A stretch of DNA of 55,000 nucleotides, the filler included, from Porpidia crustulata (taxonomy: Eukaryota): the NCBI GenBank assembly GCA_964255105.1. It is 4 parts of 4 records of this genome, joined end to end, with 100 filler letters (N's around TTAATTAATTAA, not from the genome) between each part and the next. Parts side by side here need not be neighbours in the genome. Positions count along the whole stretch, not along the records: positions 13,786 to 27,463 come from CAXUWE010000421.1; positions 27,564 to 41,235 come from CAXUWE010000422.1; 2 more parts are not named here. One strand, written 5' to 3'. Under the pieces are notes generated by a model, which made no database searches, had not been told where the DNA came from, and worked only from the letters and a program-made list of their open reading frames with translations. Of this stretch, positions 24,107 through 33,498 are shown piece after piece; position 1 is the stretch's first letter, and each line of letters opens with the position of its first letter. The translations under genes were made by a program, and so were the position numbers.

Positions 24107-25045
24107 CTATGACGATGAAATGAGCTTTTCGTTAAGCCAAACCTTGATCGCTCCAGCTACACGTTGAACAACAAGAGTTCCGTCCCTAGCGCCGCCGTTG
24201 AGGACCATCGGGTAATGTTCATCCTGGACCGCCACTCCCAGACCAGACAGAAAGGTGCTAATCTGATCTTGCCACGGCTGCACCTGCACTACGTCGTTCA
24301 AGGTAGGTGTAAGGAGAAACACGCGAGGCAGCGTTTGCCCTCTGATATTGTTGTTGAAGAGATCCCGGATCCTGTTCATCTGATTCTGGAATTGGGCTTG
24401 ATTTGGTTGGATATGGGCAACAATTGCGCCAGCTTGACCCACGATTGCGACGGCCGTGCAGCCGCAGAGGCCGTAGGTTCCGATGGCTTCGGGCGCCTGG
24501 TTCCAGGCGTGGTAGCTCGCCAATCCCATGTTGACCACGATGGCTTGGCCGACATTCCATAGAACGTCGGAGGGTTTCACGCGCTTCTCAAGATCAAAGG
24601 ATCGCGGCCAGTTTTTCCGATTAGCGCACTGCTGATCGTTCTTCAATAGCAGATCCAACCCGGTAAGTGCCCGAGCAAAGATTTGAGAATCATCAGAGAT
24701 CGGGGCCTCGTTGAGTTCTGGGTCGGTGGCGAAATCTGCTTCTTGGTCTCGGGAGGAGACTTTGGGAGTTGAGGGTTCGTCAAGCGATGGGTCGACGGCG
24801 AAATGGACTTCTAGGTTCCGGGGGGAGACTTTAGGACCGTTGGAGCTTGGAGCCTCATCAAGCGCTGGGTCATGGGCGAAATGGACTTCGAAGTCCCGGG
24901 AGGAGACTTTCGGACTCGGGGCTCCATCAAGTGCTGGATCGGCGGCGAAATGGACTTCTAGGTCTCGGGGAATCGCATTCCCTAGTGAGAGCGGAAGGAG
25001 GTGGCCGACGAAAAGGAAGAAGCAGATATGTTTGGACGATAACAT
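24107..25045 (-). CDS. Secreted protein: signal peptide, 4 acidic propeptide repeats, Kex2 site (LEKR), C-terminal CNF1/CheD-like Cys-His domain
   Basis: Intronless 312-aa ORF; hydrophobic N-terminus; motif IGTYGLCGCTAVAIVGQAGAIVAHI. Confidence 0.8.
   Translation of the reverse strand: MLSSKHICFFLFVGHLLPLSLGNAIPRDLEVHFAADPALDGAPSPKVSSRDFEVHFAHDPALDEAPSSNGPKVSPRNLEVHFAVDPSLDEPSTPKVSSRDQEADFATDPELNEAPISDDSQIFARALTGLDLLLKNDQQCANRKNWPRSFDLEKRVKPSDVLWNVGQAIVVNMGLASYHAWNQAPEAIGTYGLCGCTAVAIVGQAGAIVAHIQPNQAQFQNQMNRIRDLFNNNIRGQTLPRVFLLTPTLNDVVQVQPWQDQISTFLSGLGVAVQDEHYPMVLNGGARDGTLVVQRVAGAIKVWLNEKLISSS
24705..24970 (-). repeat. Four 69-78 bp coding tandem repeats (R-D/N-x-E-V-H-F-A-x-D-P-x-L-D-x-x-P)
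   Basis: gaaatggacttc/gaaatctgcttc recurs at ~24731, 24800, 24878 and 24947. Confidence 0.9.
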
Positions 25046-25889
25046 TATGGTAAGATGTGGGTTCTCTTAAAGGTTGAAGGTACAAAGGGTATATGTTACC
25101 GGTATTTCTGGGGTTCTTGGCCATGGAAGCTCTCCTTTTATACGACATTTTCATCCAAACACCTTGCCAAACGGCGGTTTTGTCAACCTTGCACGCAGAG
25201 GATAGGCAGTGCTCATCCTCAAACGAAAGGGAGCCAACATCGAAGAAGGATGCTGATGATGACCGGAATTTCCCGTTCCTTGTGTTGTAGTTTCACTTTC
25301 GAAGCATGAGCTCTGACAGTCCTTCAGCTGATTGCTATTTGGAAAACCAACTTCCAGAACAGGTTCCGATCCCTTGTTCTCAGCTAAAAGATTTCGCTTC
25401 CCATGTTTCGATGTTTATGAGTTGCTTCGGAAGGAAGGGAGTAGGGTAGGCACAGCTCTCACATAGCTCACTAAGGTCATCTGTTCAGTCAGTAGCTTCC
25501 AACAAACCGAAGAGGCTGACACGCTAGACCGATATTGCTTCTTCGGGGGGTCTACCTAGTGTGCACGTCCGTGCCGTGATCAGCCTCATTCTGCACGCAA
25601 ATGATCTGCACATCTGAAGAGATCGGATTAGGGCTCAGCTTCTAGTCGCGTTGAAGGATCTTGTTTCATCGTTGATTGCCGCACTTGGCAAAACCTTGAT
25701 TTAGACCTCACCTTGGATATAGCTATTTGATTTATCATTCTAATACGCATATCCAACATCCTAACTGTCAGCCTAAGCAAAACACACACGCGCTTTGCTC
25801 CTAGCTCATCAATTACATATACTCCCATTGTTTCCAATTTGCTCCTTCACAAACATATTACCCTCAATTATTCGATCCTTCCTCTGACA

Positions 25890-26843
25890 ATGACATCTAT
25901 CCCCGCCAACCTAGACGCCACAGAGCGCAACACTGCTGAAATCCTTGCCGCTGCTGCGGGCACAGGAGATCTCACCGCAGTCAGTGAGATACTCAAACAC
26001 TGGCCGTTGCAACCGGGCTCTGAGCCAGCTGCCGCACCGAACAGCCTAGGCCTTTGGCCATTTCCCTTGGTCCTGTACCGAGCCATCGAAGAGAACCAGG
26101 CTCAGATTGTCTCGTATGTGCTCGGTCTTGGTCTGAAGCTGGAACGGCTTGCCGTCGAGCGAGCCCTGGACGTTGGGTCAGCCGACATTTTTGGAGCTTT
26201 CGTCGACCACGGCTGGGACATCAACGCCCCGCTTGGCGAACAGGAACCTCCCCCCCTAGCGTACGTGTTGTCTCTGCCTCAATCCCCTTGATCCTTTTCA
26301 CTTCCTCCTCTCTGTCAGATGTGACGCACTGCCTCAGTATGCTCACGAACCGCCTTTAGCTATGTGATGACCAACGAGCCTCTGGTTCGTTGGTTCCTCG
26401 CACACGGAGCATCTCCAAACGTCCCGGCTCCACGCCTCGCCCGCACCCCCGTCATGTCGGCGGTTGTCTGTGCTCCCCTATCCATTGTACGATTGCTGTA
26501 CGCTCACGGCGCGTCTCTCGATGACGTCCTGCAGAGCGCGGCCGAGTCGCCCGCCGAGGGGCGACTGCAGGTGATGGAGTTTCTTCTTGACAGCGGGGCG
26601 GACATTGATGCTGTCAAGTGGAAGCACGACGAGCAGAGCTATGCTGCTTTTGGGCTATTGGAATTGGGGACGGCGCTGCACTATGCGGCCAAAAACGGGC
26701 ACACGGATCGGGTGGAGCTACTGTTGCAGCGGGGGGCGAAGGCTGACGTTCTGGATTCAACGGGAAAAACGGCGTTAGATTTGGCCCAAGCGTACGGGCG
26801 TGGCAACACTGCCGCTTTGCTGCGGAGTCACTCGTCCACATGA
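25890..26843 (+). CDS. Ankyrin-repeat protein; intron 26261-26359
   Basis: LVRWFLAHGASPN, RTPVMSAV, EFLLDSGADIDA, GTALHYAAKNGHTDRVELLLQRGA, GKTALDLA; GT-AG intron restores frame. Confidence 0.9.
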
Positions 26844-27385
26844 CGAAAGTGAGAAGTTTTGTATGAACAGTGCCAAGATTGTTTCGTTTCGCTAGTAGCT
26901 TGCCAACAGTTGGAATTCCTTAGCTTGTATTGCGCACGGCCCACTAGTTCCTGCTGATGTAAGCAGGTTCGTTGTATTTTTTCTCAGTTCAGCTTCAACC
27001 ATCAATATCAGCTCCATCTACCAAGCCCCATATTCTTGTGCCAATTCCAACCACTGCCTCAGAAGGATGATACAAACCGATGACATGAAGGATGAAACCA
27101 ACAATGGTACGAAATTTGCCATGGAGAATGCCGTGTTCGAAGAAGTCGGACGTCTGACCTGGGCTCTCCGAGGCAGCGTTGAAAAAGTCTTGGATATAAA
27201 GCAGAGAGATCTCGTCCCTTGAGATGATCCAGCAAACCACATCTTCCCAATTCAACCCATATCCAAAAGCTTCATTCAATTCAAACCGAAATCGTCGCGG
27301 CCCCAGAAAAAACCAACTTCCTTTTCCAACCATTATCCAGTCTTCAATCTTCTATTGCCCGTCACATCGCATCCTGTAGATCAAG

Positions 27386-27463
27386 ATGTATTTCTCAGCC
27401 GCGCTCTACCTGCTCCCTCTCCTCCTCCCCCTCTCCTTCGCCAGTCCTGCTGCGCTCGACAAG
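27386..27463 (+). CDS. Start of a probable secreted protein (truncated by gap)
   Basis: MYFSAALYLLPLLLPLSFASPAALDK: signal-peptide-like, open into the gap. Confidence 0.55.
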
Positions 27464-27563
27464 NNNNNNNNNNNNNNNNNNNNNNNNNNNNNNNNNNNNN
27501 NNNNNNNTTAATTAATTAANNNNNNNNNNNNNNNNNNNNNNNNNNNNNNNNNNNNNNNNNNNN
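27464..27563. other. Artificial contig linker
   Basis: N44-TTAATTAATTAA-N44. Confidence 0.97.
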
Positions 27564-27773
27564 CACCTCCCCCCATTTCACTTCCACATCCACATCCACA
27601 TCCACACCCACCTCCGCACGCGCGGCGCTCCTCTCCCCAACACCAAAATAATTCCACCCCCACTCCTCATCCCTCGGCCGGCAAAACTCTCGCTCCTCCG
27701 GCCCTACCTGCAGGCGCTCTTCCTCGTCGCCATATCGCAACGTCGTCGTCGATGCCATGGATGGAGGTTCCAT
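27564..27773 (-). CDS. Possible N-terminal fragment of a hypothetical protein (truncated by gap)
   Basis: ORF MEPPSMASTTTLRYGDEEERLQVG... preceded by a pyrimidine-rich leader; no recognisable domain. Confidence 0.3.
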
Positions 27774-28531
27774 GTTGGGAGCGTGGGGGTCGCGGGGACG
27801 GCGTGTGGGTTGTTCGAAGGGTCTGATGCGGGTTAAAGGCGTGGGTTGGACGGGATGGACGGATGGCGATGGGGACCAAGATATGGCGAGGTGGGTGTAG
27901 GTGGCTGTCGGGAGGCGAGATAGCGAGGTCGATGAATGGATAGGGGGAAAGATGGGGTGGAATATACGAGGAATTAAATATGCGATTATTCAAAATGACA
28001 ACGAGATCAATGGATTATGTTTTGTTGTTTTACGGCGTGCAATCATCAACTCAATGTGCAGGAGAAGTAATGGAAAAGTAGAATATTTATATTCTTAGCA
28101 TTGCAATGTAAGCTAATAAGTATCTTTATTTCGAAAGCTATATGAGTCAGTAATGTACGAACTTTTCCTCTATTGGACTATCTAATGCCATTTTGTTTTT
28201 CCCGTCGAGCACATGTGCAAACATCTATTTCGCTGTTTCCGGTCTAGTTGGTATGAAGCTATGATTTTGGCGCTGGGCCTGAGAAGCAGATCCACAGTGA
28301 ACTCGAGCAAATCCTTGGTTCCATAAGTGAGTCCATATTATACGTCCATAAAAGGTGTAGTTCCCTCAGTCCAGGATTCAGGGCGGTAAAAAGAATAAAG
28401 AGCAAAGAAAAAAGAGCTTCCCCTAGAGAATTGTGCGACTCGAGGTCAAGGAAAGCAAGTGAACAGCAAACTGGAAGAAGGCAATGATGAGCGAATGCCC
28501 GAAGACAAGATAGAATCGTCAAAGGAATTCA

Positions 28532-31500
28532 TCAACGTGCAACATAGAAATCATTTGGATCCCGATCAGTTCGGCTTCCCCACAAACCCCGGACTTTCTC
28601 ACTTCCTCGCAGCAACCAGCCCTTAATCTTCTCCACCACCTTCGATCGCACAGCTTTGAATTGCGGCGTGCCCTCGACCGTTCTTACGCTCTGCTTGCTA
28701 ACGCGCCCACTGGCTCTCGATCTTAAGATCCCTCTATCAATGCTTCTGCCGTCTTCTGACATGGTATTCCTCGAAGCCATGGCCCTCAGCTGAGATAAAC
28801 GCTTTCTGAGGCTCCCTCGGTTCCTCGTGGAACTATCATCCGAGAAGAAGCTACGTGCTTCAAGGTTTAGGCCCGGGGATGGGGGCACAAGAGTAATCGT
28901 GGGAGATATTGCGAATGTCGCAGGACTTTGCTCAAAGCTTTCTTTGAAACGCGTCTGCAAATGTGGCGATTGGCTACTGTTTTCTTGGCCAATGGTAATG
29001 CTTGGTCTCGGCTTGCGGCCGTGCGCGTCGTTATGGAATAAATCATTCGAAGCGTTGATATTTGCATGCAAGTGCGAATCCAATGAAGGTCGCGGCTTTG
29101 TTATCTTCGTTGTTCCGGTCGTGATTGATGATGCTCTGTGCAGCTTGAGCTTGAATCGAGGTATTCCACTAACGGACTGCTCAAGTGAGGCTTTGCTTTC
29201 TTGCGGCATAGTAACATCGAGCTTTGGCGAGATATCTGCCCAGGGATAGCTGGTTTCCAGATTCCATGGATGTAGGCTTGGAGACGAGTCTCTATCAGCT
29301 CGCACTTTGAGTTTGTACTTTGTGATCCCGGGGTGATCTTTTTCATCGCTCTCACTTAGTTTCAAAGAGGATACTGCTGAACATGATGCCTTTTTAGGTT
29401 CATGTGGTGTAGCAGGCGTACCCTCGCTGAGCTCTAAGGGAGGAGCTGTTGTAGGCTCAGCTTTATGGGCTAATTTATCAATGGTTTGCTTCGTCTTTGA
29501 TGCGTTGATATCGCCGTACTGGTCCTTCCAATTACCATAGCTCTCTTCTGGATCGGCCAATATTTCTCGTTCAAGCCGGTCCTCTGATACTTGAATACCA
29601 TTTGTATGGATAGTTGCTGCTGGGAGCTCGGTAGGAAGCTCGGCTACGGTAGTAGACGATTCCGTGCAGAGGTTCAGACTGGCCAACGCCGGAAACTCAT
29701 TCGGATTTGTCGATATTTCAGCACTTTGTGTCAATATGGGCACTGCTAATGACTCCAGCTCCGAAATCAGAGTATCGCCCTTCTGATTCCCAGTAGATAC
29801 GTTTGGAGCGGAGTTGACATTGATTAACGCTTGATCTACAGGTGTGAGGCTTGTCACATCTGTAGGCTCTGCTGGTAAAGGTGGAAGTTGCTTCATAGTA
29901 CTCGAGATGGAAGCAACCTCCCGAGGGGATTGTCGAGTCAGAGTGACAATCCTGTCGAGATCCTTTGAGACCGTAGAGAGCCCTGTAGGAGGCTTCGTTG
30001 GGGGCTCAAATAAATGATATGCAGGTTTCCTCATGAAAGAAGATCTTCGAGGAGGGATTGTGGGCTCAGCGAATTTATCAGTCACTGCTGTGTTAAGTGA
30101 GCGTGAGCTACTACGCCGAGGAATTTGCATCAGGGGCAAATTCAGAGAACCCTTTGAGATAGTGGGTGCTTCATGCCTAACCCTGCGACCTGATACATTG
30201 CCATCTGGCTTTGCAGCTTTTGCTCCGTTATGTAAAACATCATATCCAGATTCCACATCGTTAGCGCTGCGGCACTTGTCAGTGAAAGACTTGGTTGTCT
30301 TGCTGTCGTTCCCGTGGTCATGGCGATGAGTGATAGCAGGTCTCTTACTTTTGGTTGTGAATTTGTGCACGTCAGCTAAGTCTTCGTCGAGAGACAGTAT
30401 TCGACTGAATCTGTTGCGACTATTCAGTGAGGATGCGGCTCGCTCTGGTGTCGGAGAAATAATCTCTGTACGGTCGGTGGTGTCGGACTTGCCATCAAAT
30501 GAGGCACCCCGTGATACATCGGCCGGTTGAAGTTGCAGGTTTTGCAGAACCGTGTTATAATTTTTCTGTTGAATTAAAGGGATTTGTGAACGTCCTGGTG
30601 ATGGGGACATTGCCTCGCTGGGTGCTGTTAGATCTAGCGCCGGTGGTTGAGGATCTTTTTGAGATGAAGACATTAGAGAATACATCGATTCATTCGATGA
30701 AGATGACGATGGGGTGGACATCAAGGAGTCATTGGAGGCACTAGGTACTTGTGTCTCATCTGAAGCAGGTTCTTCATCCGCTCGGGATTCTTCGCTAGGC
30801 TCAGGTCCTTCTCTATGTGCAGTACCTGAGACCGGAGCGTCGAAAAAGGCTGTGCGAGGTGCGTCGGTGTTCACCTTGCGGCCTTCACCTCGATCGACGA
30901 CTTCTGCTTTGCGTCCCTCTCCACCGGCAGTCACCACCTTGGAATATGCTGCATATGCGTCAGGCGTCGAAGAACTCGGCACAGCCTTACGAATAATCTT
31001 TACCGATTCTTGCCGTTGTGGTAAAAGTTGCGCAGGTCTCTCAGCAAGCCCCTGCACAGAGCTGCTGTAAGCTGATAATTCCGAAATTTTTGGCCTGGCC
31101 GAATCGGCATCCAGCTCATGATACATCCTTGGTGTATCTTCTGGGATCACCTGCTCGGCTAGAGAGAAGCTTGACGTGCTTACACTATGGTAGTGATTAT
31201 CCTCGAAAGATTCAGTATAATCATAGAACGCAGGCGGCGGAGAAGGGGATGTCCGACGGGAGATGGACACATCTGAAAATTGCGTAGGAGTTGACGAGCG
31301 CATTGAGGGAAGGCCGTTGGGACGTAGAGACAAAGGCATTCGTGGAGAATGGGATAAAGCTTCTCCGTATTCATCATGTCTCGGTGATGGAGCGTAGTAT
31401 CGAAGCATTGGATCTGATCGATTGACATTCTGCTGCCAAGCATGAGGTACCCTTTTTGAAGTATATATTGACAATGGGGAGGCAGTGCGGAAACTAGCAG

Positions 31501-32233
31501 CTCGACTTGGTGGCATGTGCGTTCCCAAACCGGGCTTATTATAGTCACTAAGAGCCGGCGAGGACGGCCGATATCCAGGGCGCTTCAACCTCGTAGGATA
31601 AGCGAAAGGTGAGCGTGGTCTGCTGCTACGAATACCCTCTTGACCTTGCAGGTGAAAGTCAGTTGGAGAAGGACGTTGAGAGAAGCTTTGACTCGTGATA
31701 GAACTTTGTGTCATCGAGTAGGAACGTTCGCCTTCCTCTTTACCTGCGCTCTCCATCCGATACTTGTACAGCCTTTGATTGTGGCTATATGAAGTCGATG
31801 TCGCCGATGGTTCAGCACCGCCAAGATCCATTGGGTTCTGGATATTATCCCTATGCTCATGGTAATGCCCGCCAACATGCCGTTTCTTATTATACGCAGC
31901 TTGAGCCATACTAGGTGACTTAGGCGTCCGATGGCCCATGGAGGGTACACGTGCTGGCTTGATGCAAAATTGGCCAATATCGCCAGTTTCGGTTGTATTC
32001 TTGAGCATGCTCTGTATGGACGAAGGAGTCTGCATGAATCCATGTTGAGCCCCAAAATCCGGGTTTTTGCTGGAGGAACTCCCTATCGGAGGGTTACCAT
32101 TGAGCTCTTGCATAGGCCCATTTCGTCCGATGTGGCCGGAAGGCAGTTCTGAGAGCGGCATGGCTGGTCTATGGCCGTCGGGCCTCAAGCCAGTCAAGAA
32201 TGGCTTGATGTACTGTGGGTTAACTGGCGACAT
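28532..32233 (-). CDS. Large Ser/Pro-rich, probably disordered hypothetical protein (1233 aa)
   Basis: Single long ORF; short motif islands SMLKNTTETGDIGQF, RPRSPFAYPTRLKRPGYRPSSPALSD, FYDYTESFE, EARSFFSDDSS. Confidence 0.82.
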   Translation of the reverse strand: MSPVNPQYIKPFLTGLRPDGHRPAMPLSELPSGHIGRNGPMQELNGNPPIGSSSSKNPDFGAQHGFMQTPSSIQSMLKNTTETGDIGQFCIKPARVPSMGHRTPKSPSMAQAAYNKKRHVGGHYHEHRDNIQNPMDLGGAEPSATSTSYSHNQRLYKYRMESAGKEEGERSYSMTQSSITSQSFSQRPSPTDFHLQGQEGIRSSRPRSPFAYPTRLKRPGYRPSSPALSDYNKPGLGTHMPPSRAASFRTASPLSIYTSKRVPHAWQQNVNRSDPMLRYYAPSPRHDEYGEALSHSPRMPLSLRPNGLPSMRSSTPTQFSDVSISRRTSPSPPPAFYDYTESFEDNHYHSVSTSSFSLAEQVIPEDTPRMYHELDADSARPKISELSAYSSSVQGLAERPAQLLPQRQESVKIIRKAVPSSSTPDAYAAYSKVVTAGGEGRKAEVVDRGEGRKVNTDAPRTAFFDAPVSGTAHREGPEPSEESRADEEPASDETQVPSASNDSLMSTPSSSSSNESMYSLMSSSQKDPQPPALDLTAPSEAMSPSPGRSQIPLIQQKNYNTVLQNLQLQPADVSRGASFDGKSDTTDRTEIISPTPERAASSLNSRNRFSRILSLDEDLADVHKFTTKSKRPAITHRHDHGNDSKTTKSFTDKCRSANDVESGYDVLHNGAKAAKPDGNVSGRRVRHEAPTISKGSLNLPLMQIPRRSSSRSLNTAVTDKFAEPTIPPRRSSFMRKPAYHLFEPPTKPPTGLSTVSKDLDRIVTLTRQSPREVASISSTMKQLPPLPAEPTDVTSLTPVDQALINVNSAPNVSTGNQKGDTLISELESLAVPILTQSAEISTNPNEFPALASLNLCTESSTTVAELPTELPAATIHTNGIQVSEDRLEREILADPEESYGNWKDQYGDINASKTKQTIDKLAHKAEPTTAPPLELSEGTPATPHEPKKASCSAVSSLKLSESDEKDHPGITKYKLKVRADRDSSPSLHPWNLETSYPWADISPKLDVTMPQESKASLEQSVSGIPRFKLKLHRASSITTGTTKITKPRPSLDSHLHANINASNDLFHNDAHGRKPRPSITIGQENSSQSPHLQTRFKESFEQSPATFAISPTITLVPPSPGLNLEARSFFSDDSSTRNRGSLRKRLSQLRAMASRNTMSEDGRSIDRGILRSRASGRVSKQSVRTVEGTPQFKAVRSKVVEKIKGWLLRGSEKVRGLWGSRTDRDPNDFYVAR

Positions 32234-33498
32234 TCGAGACGAGGGTACAGATGTTGGATAATTTTGGAAAGTGGGAAAGACACTAAAGCGGAAAGGACGA
32301 ACAAGGGTGAAAGTTTTAGGGCGTCGTTACTATCTCAAGTGAATGAATTATTACTCTACCCTTGAATTGCTACTATAAATAAAGAGACATAGAAACGACC
32401 TGAAGTTGTACGCTATGAAAAACCTCTAAAGTCTGTAAGTGGCAATGAAGGTTAGCTTAGCGAAATAATTTCACCCTACACTATGTACATTTCGGTTTAC
32501 AGAGAAAGGTTAAAACAAGCCTGATCGTAGTAGCTGTTCCGGTCTTGGAATGTAGAGAGGTAAATCCTTTCTAAGAAGGAGATTTTGGATGTCCGAACAC
32601 ATTAATTTCTTGTCTTTGGCCAAGAGTTTTGGGAGAATAGGTCATTTGAATGAGCTAGATGAGTGAGAGCGCAAATACTATTCCGATCAGGTCTTAAACA
32701 GACGATGTTATCGTTCCTGTCCTTTCTGTGAACGGCCATCCTTTCATCGCGGATCATATGGTCCAATCAAAGTTTCTGCCTGGTATACACGGTGTACCAA
32801 CGGTAGATGTATTGTAGGAGGCAGAAAAGCGTCTCCATTTGATCCCTATTGAGCGGTATATGTTGCAGTACGGGAATTCTCGAGACATAAGCTTCATAAA
32901 AAGGCCAGCTTGACGATGGATACCTGCGCCGGACACGGAAAGGAACCAATCTATGGGATTATGTAGAGATAAATACATAGTATATGCATTATTGCCAGTA
33001 GTCTCCATCTTAGCAGAACGTCCACTTGGCTCAGCTCAGGTTGAGCGGTTGAAGAGTTGAGGTTGTGTGTATCTTGTTGATCATCTGCACTAGAGTATAC
33101 TAGGATAAGTGCCAGTCATAGGGCTCTCTGGTCTCCGGGTAGACTTTCCTCCTCAAAGGTCCTTTTGAAAACTTTAACCGACAACTTCTTCACTGCACTG
33201 CTCATGTAGAGCTCTGCGCTTCAAGAAATGCTTGATCAATGCTTGAAAACCTGCGATGACTGAGTAGGACTTCTAGATGCAAACAATTGTCGGCATATCA
33301 TGAACATTCTGATGCAATTGAAGTCAATTCTTAGCATTGTGTGAATATCCCATCTAGAGGAACGGCCAAGAGAGCGCCTAATTAGAACGTGGAGTAGGAG
33401 CGCTAGGAATAGCATATCCCAATGATTCCAACCTGCGCCATCTAATACCAAAAAATCCGAGCCATGCAGCCCAAAGCAACGATGCGAAAGGCGTTCAG

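Noticed and set aside
24705..24970. Regularly spaced repeats resembling a CRISPR array
   Set aside because: In-frame coding repeats in a eukaryotic gene, without unique spacers or cas genes
33025..33070. tRNA D-arm-like GGCTCAGCTCAGGTTGAGC
   Set aside because: No T-arm (GTTCRA) or acceptor stem
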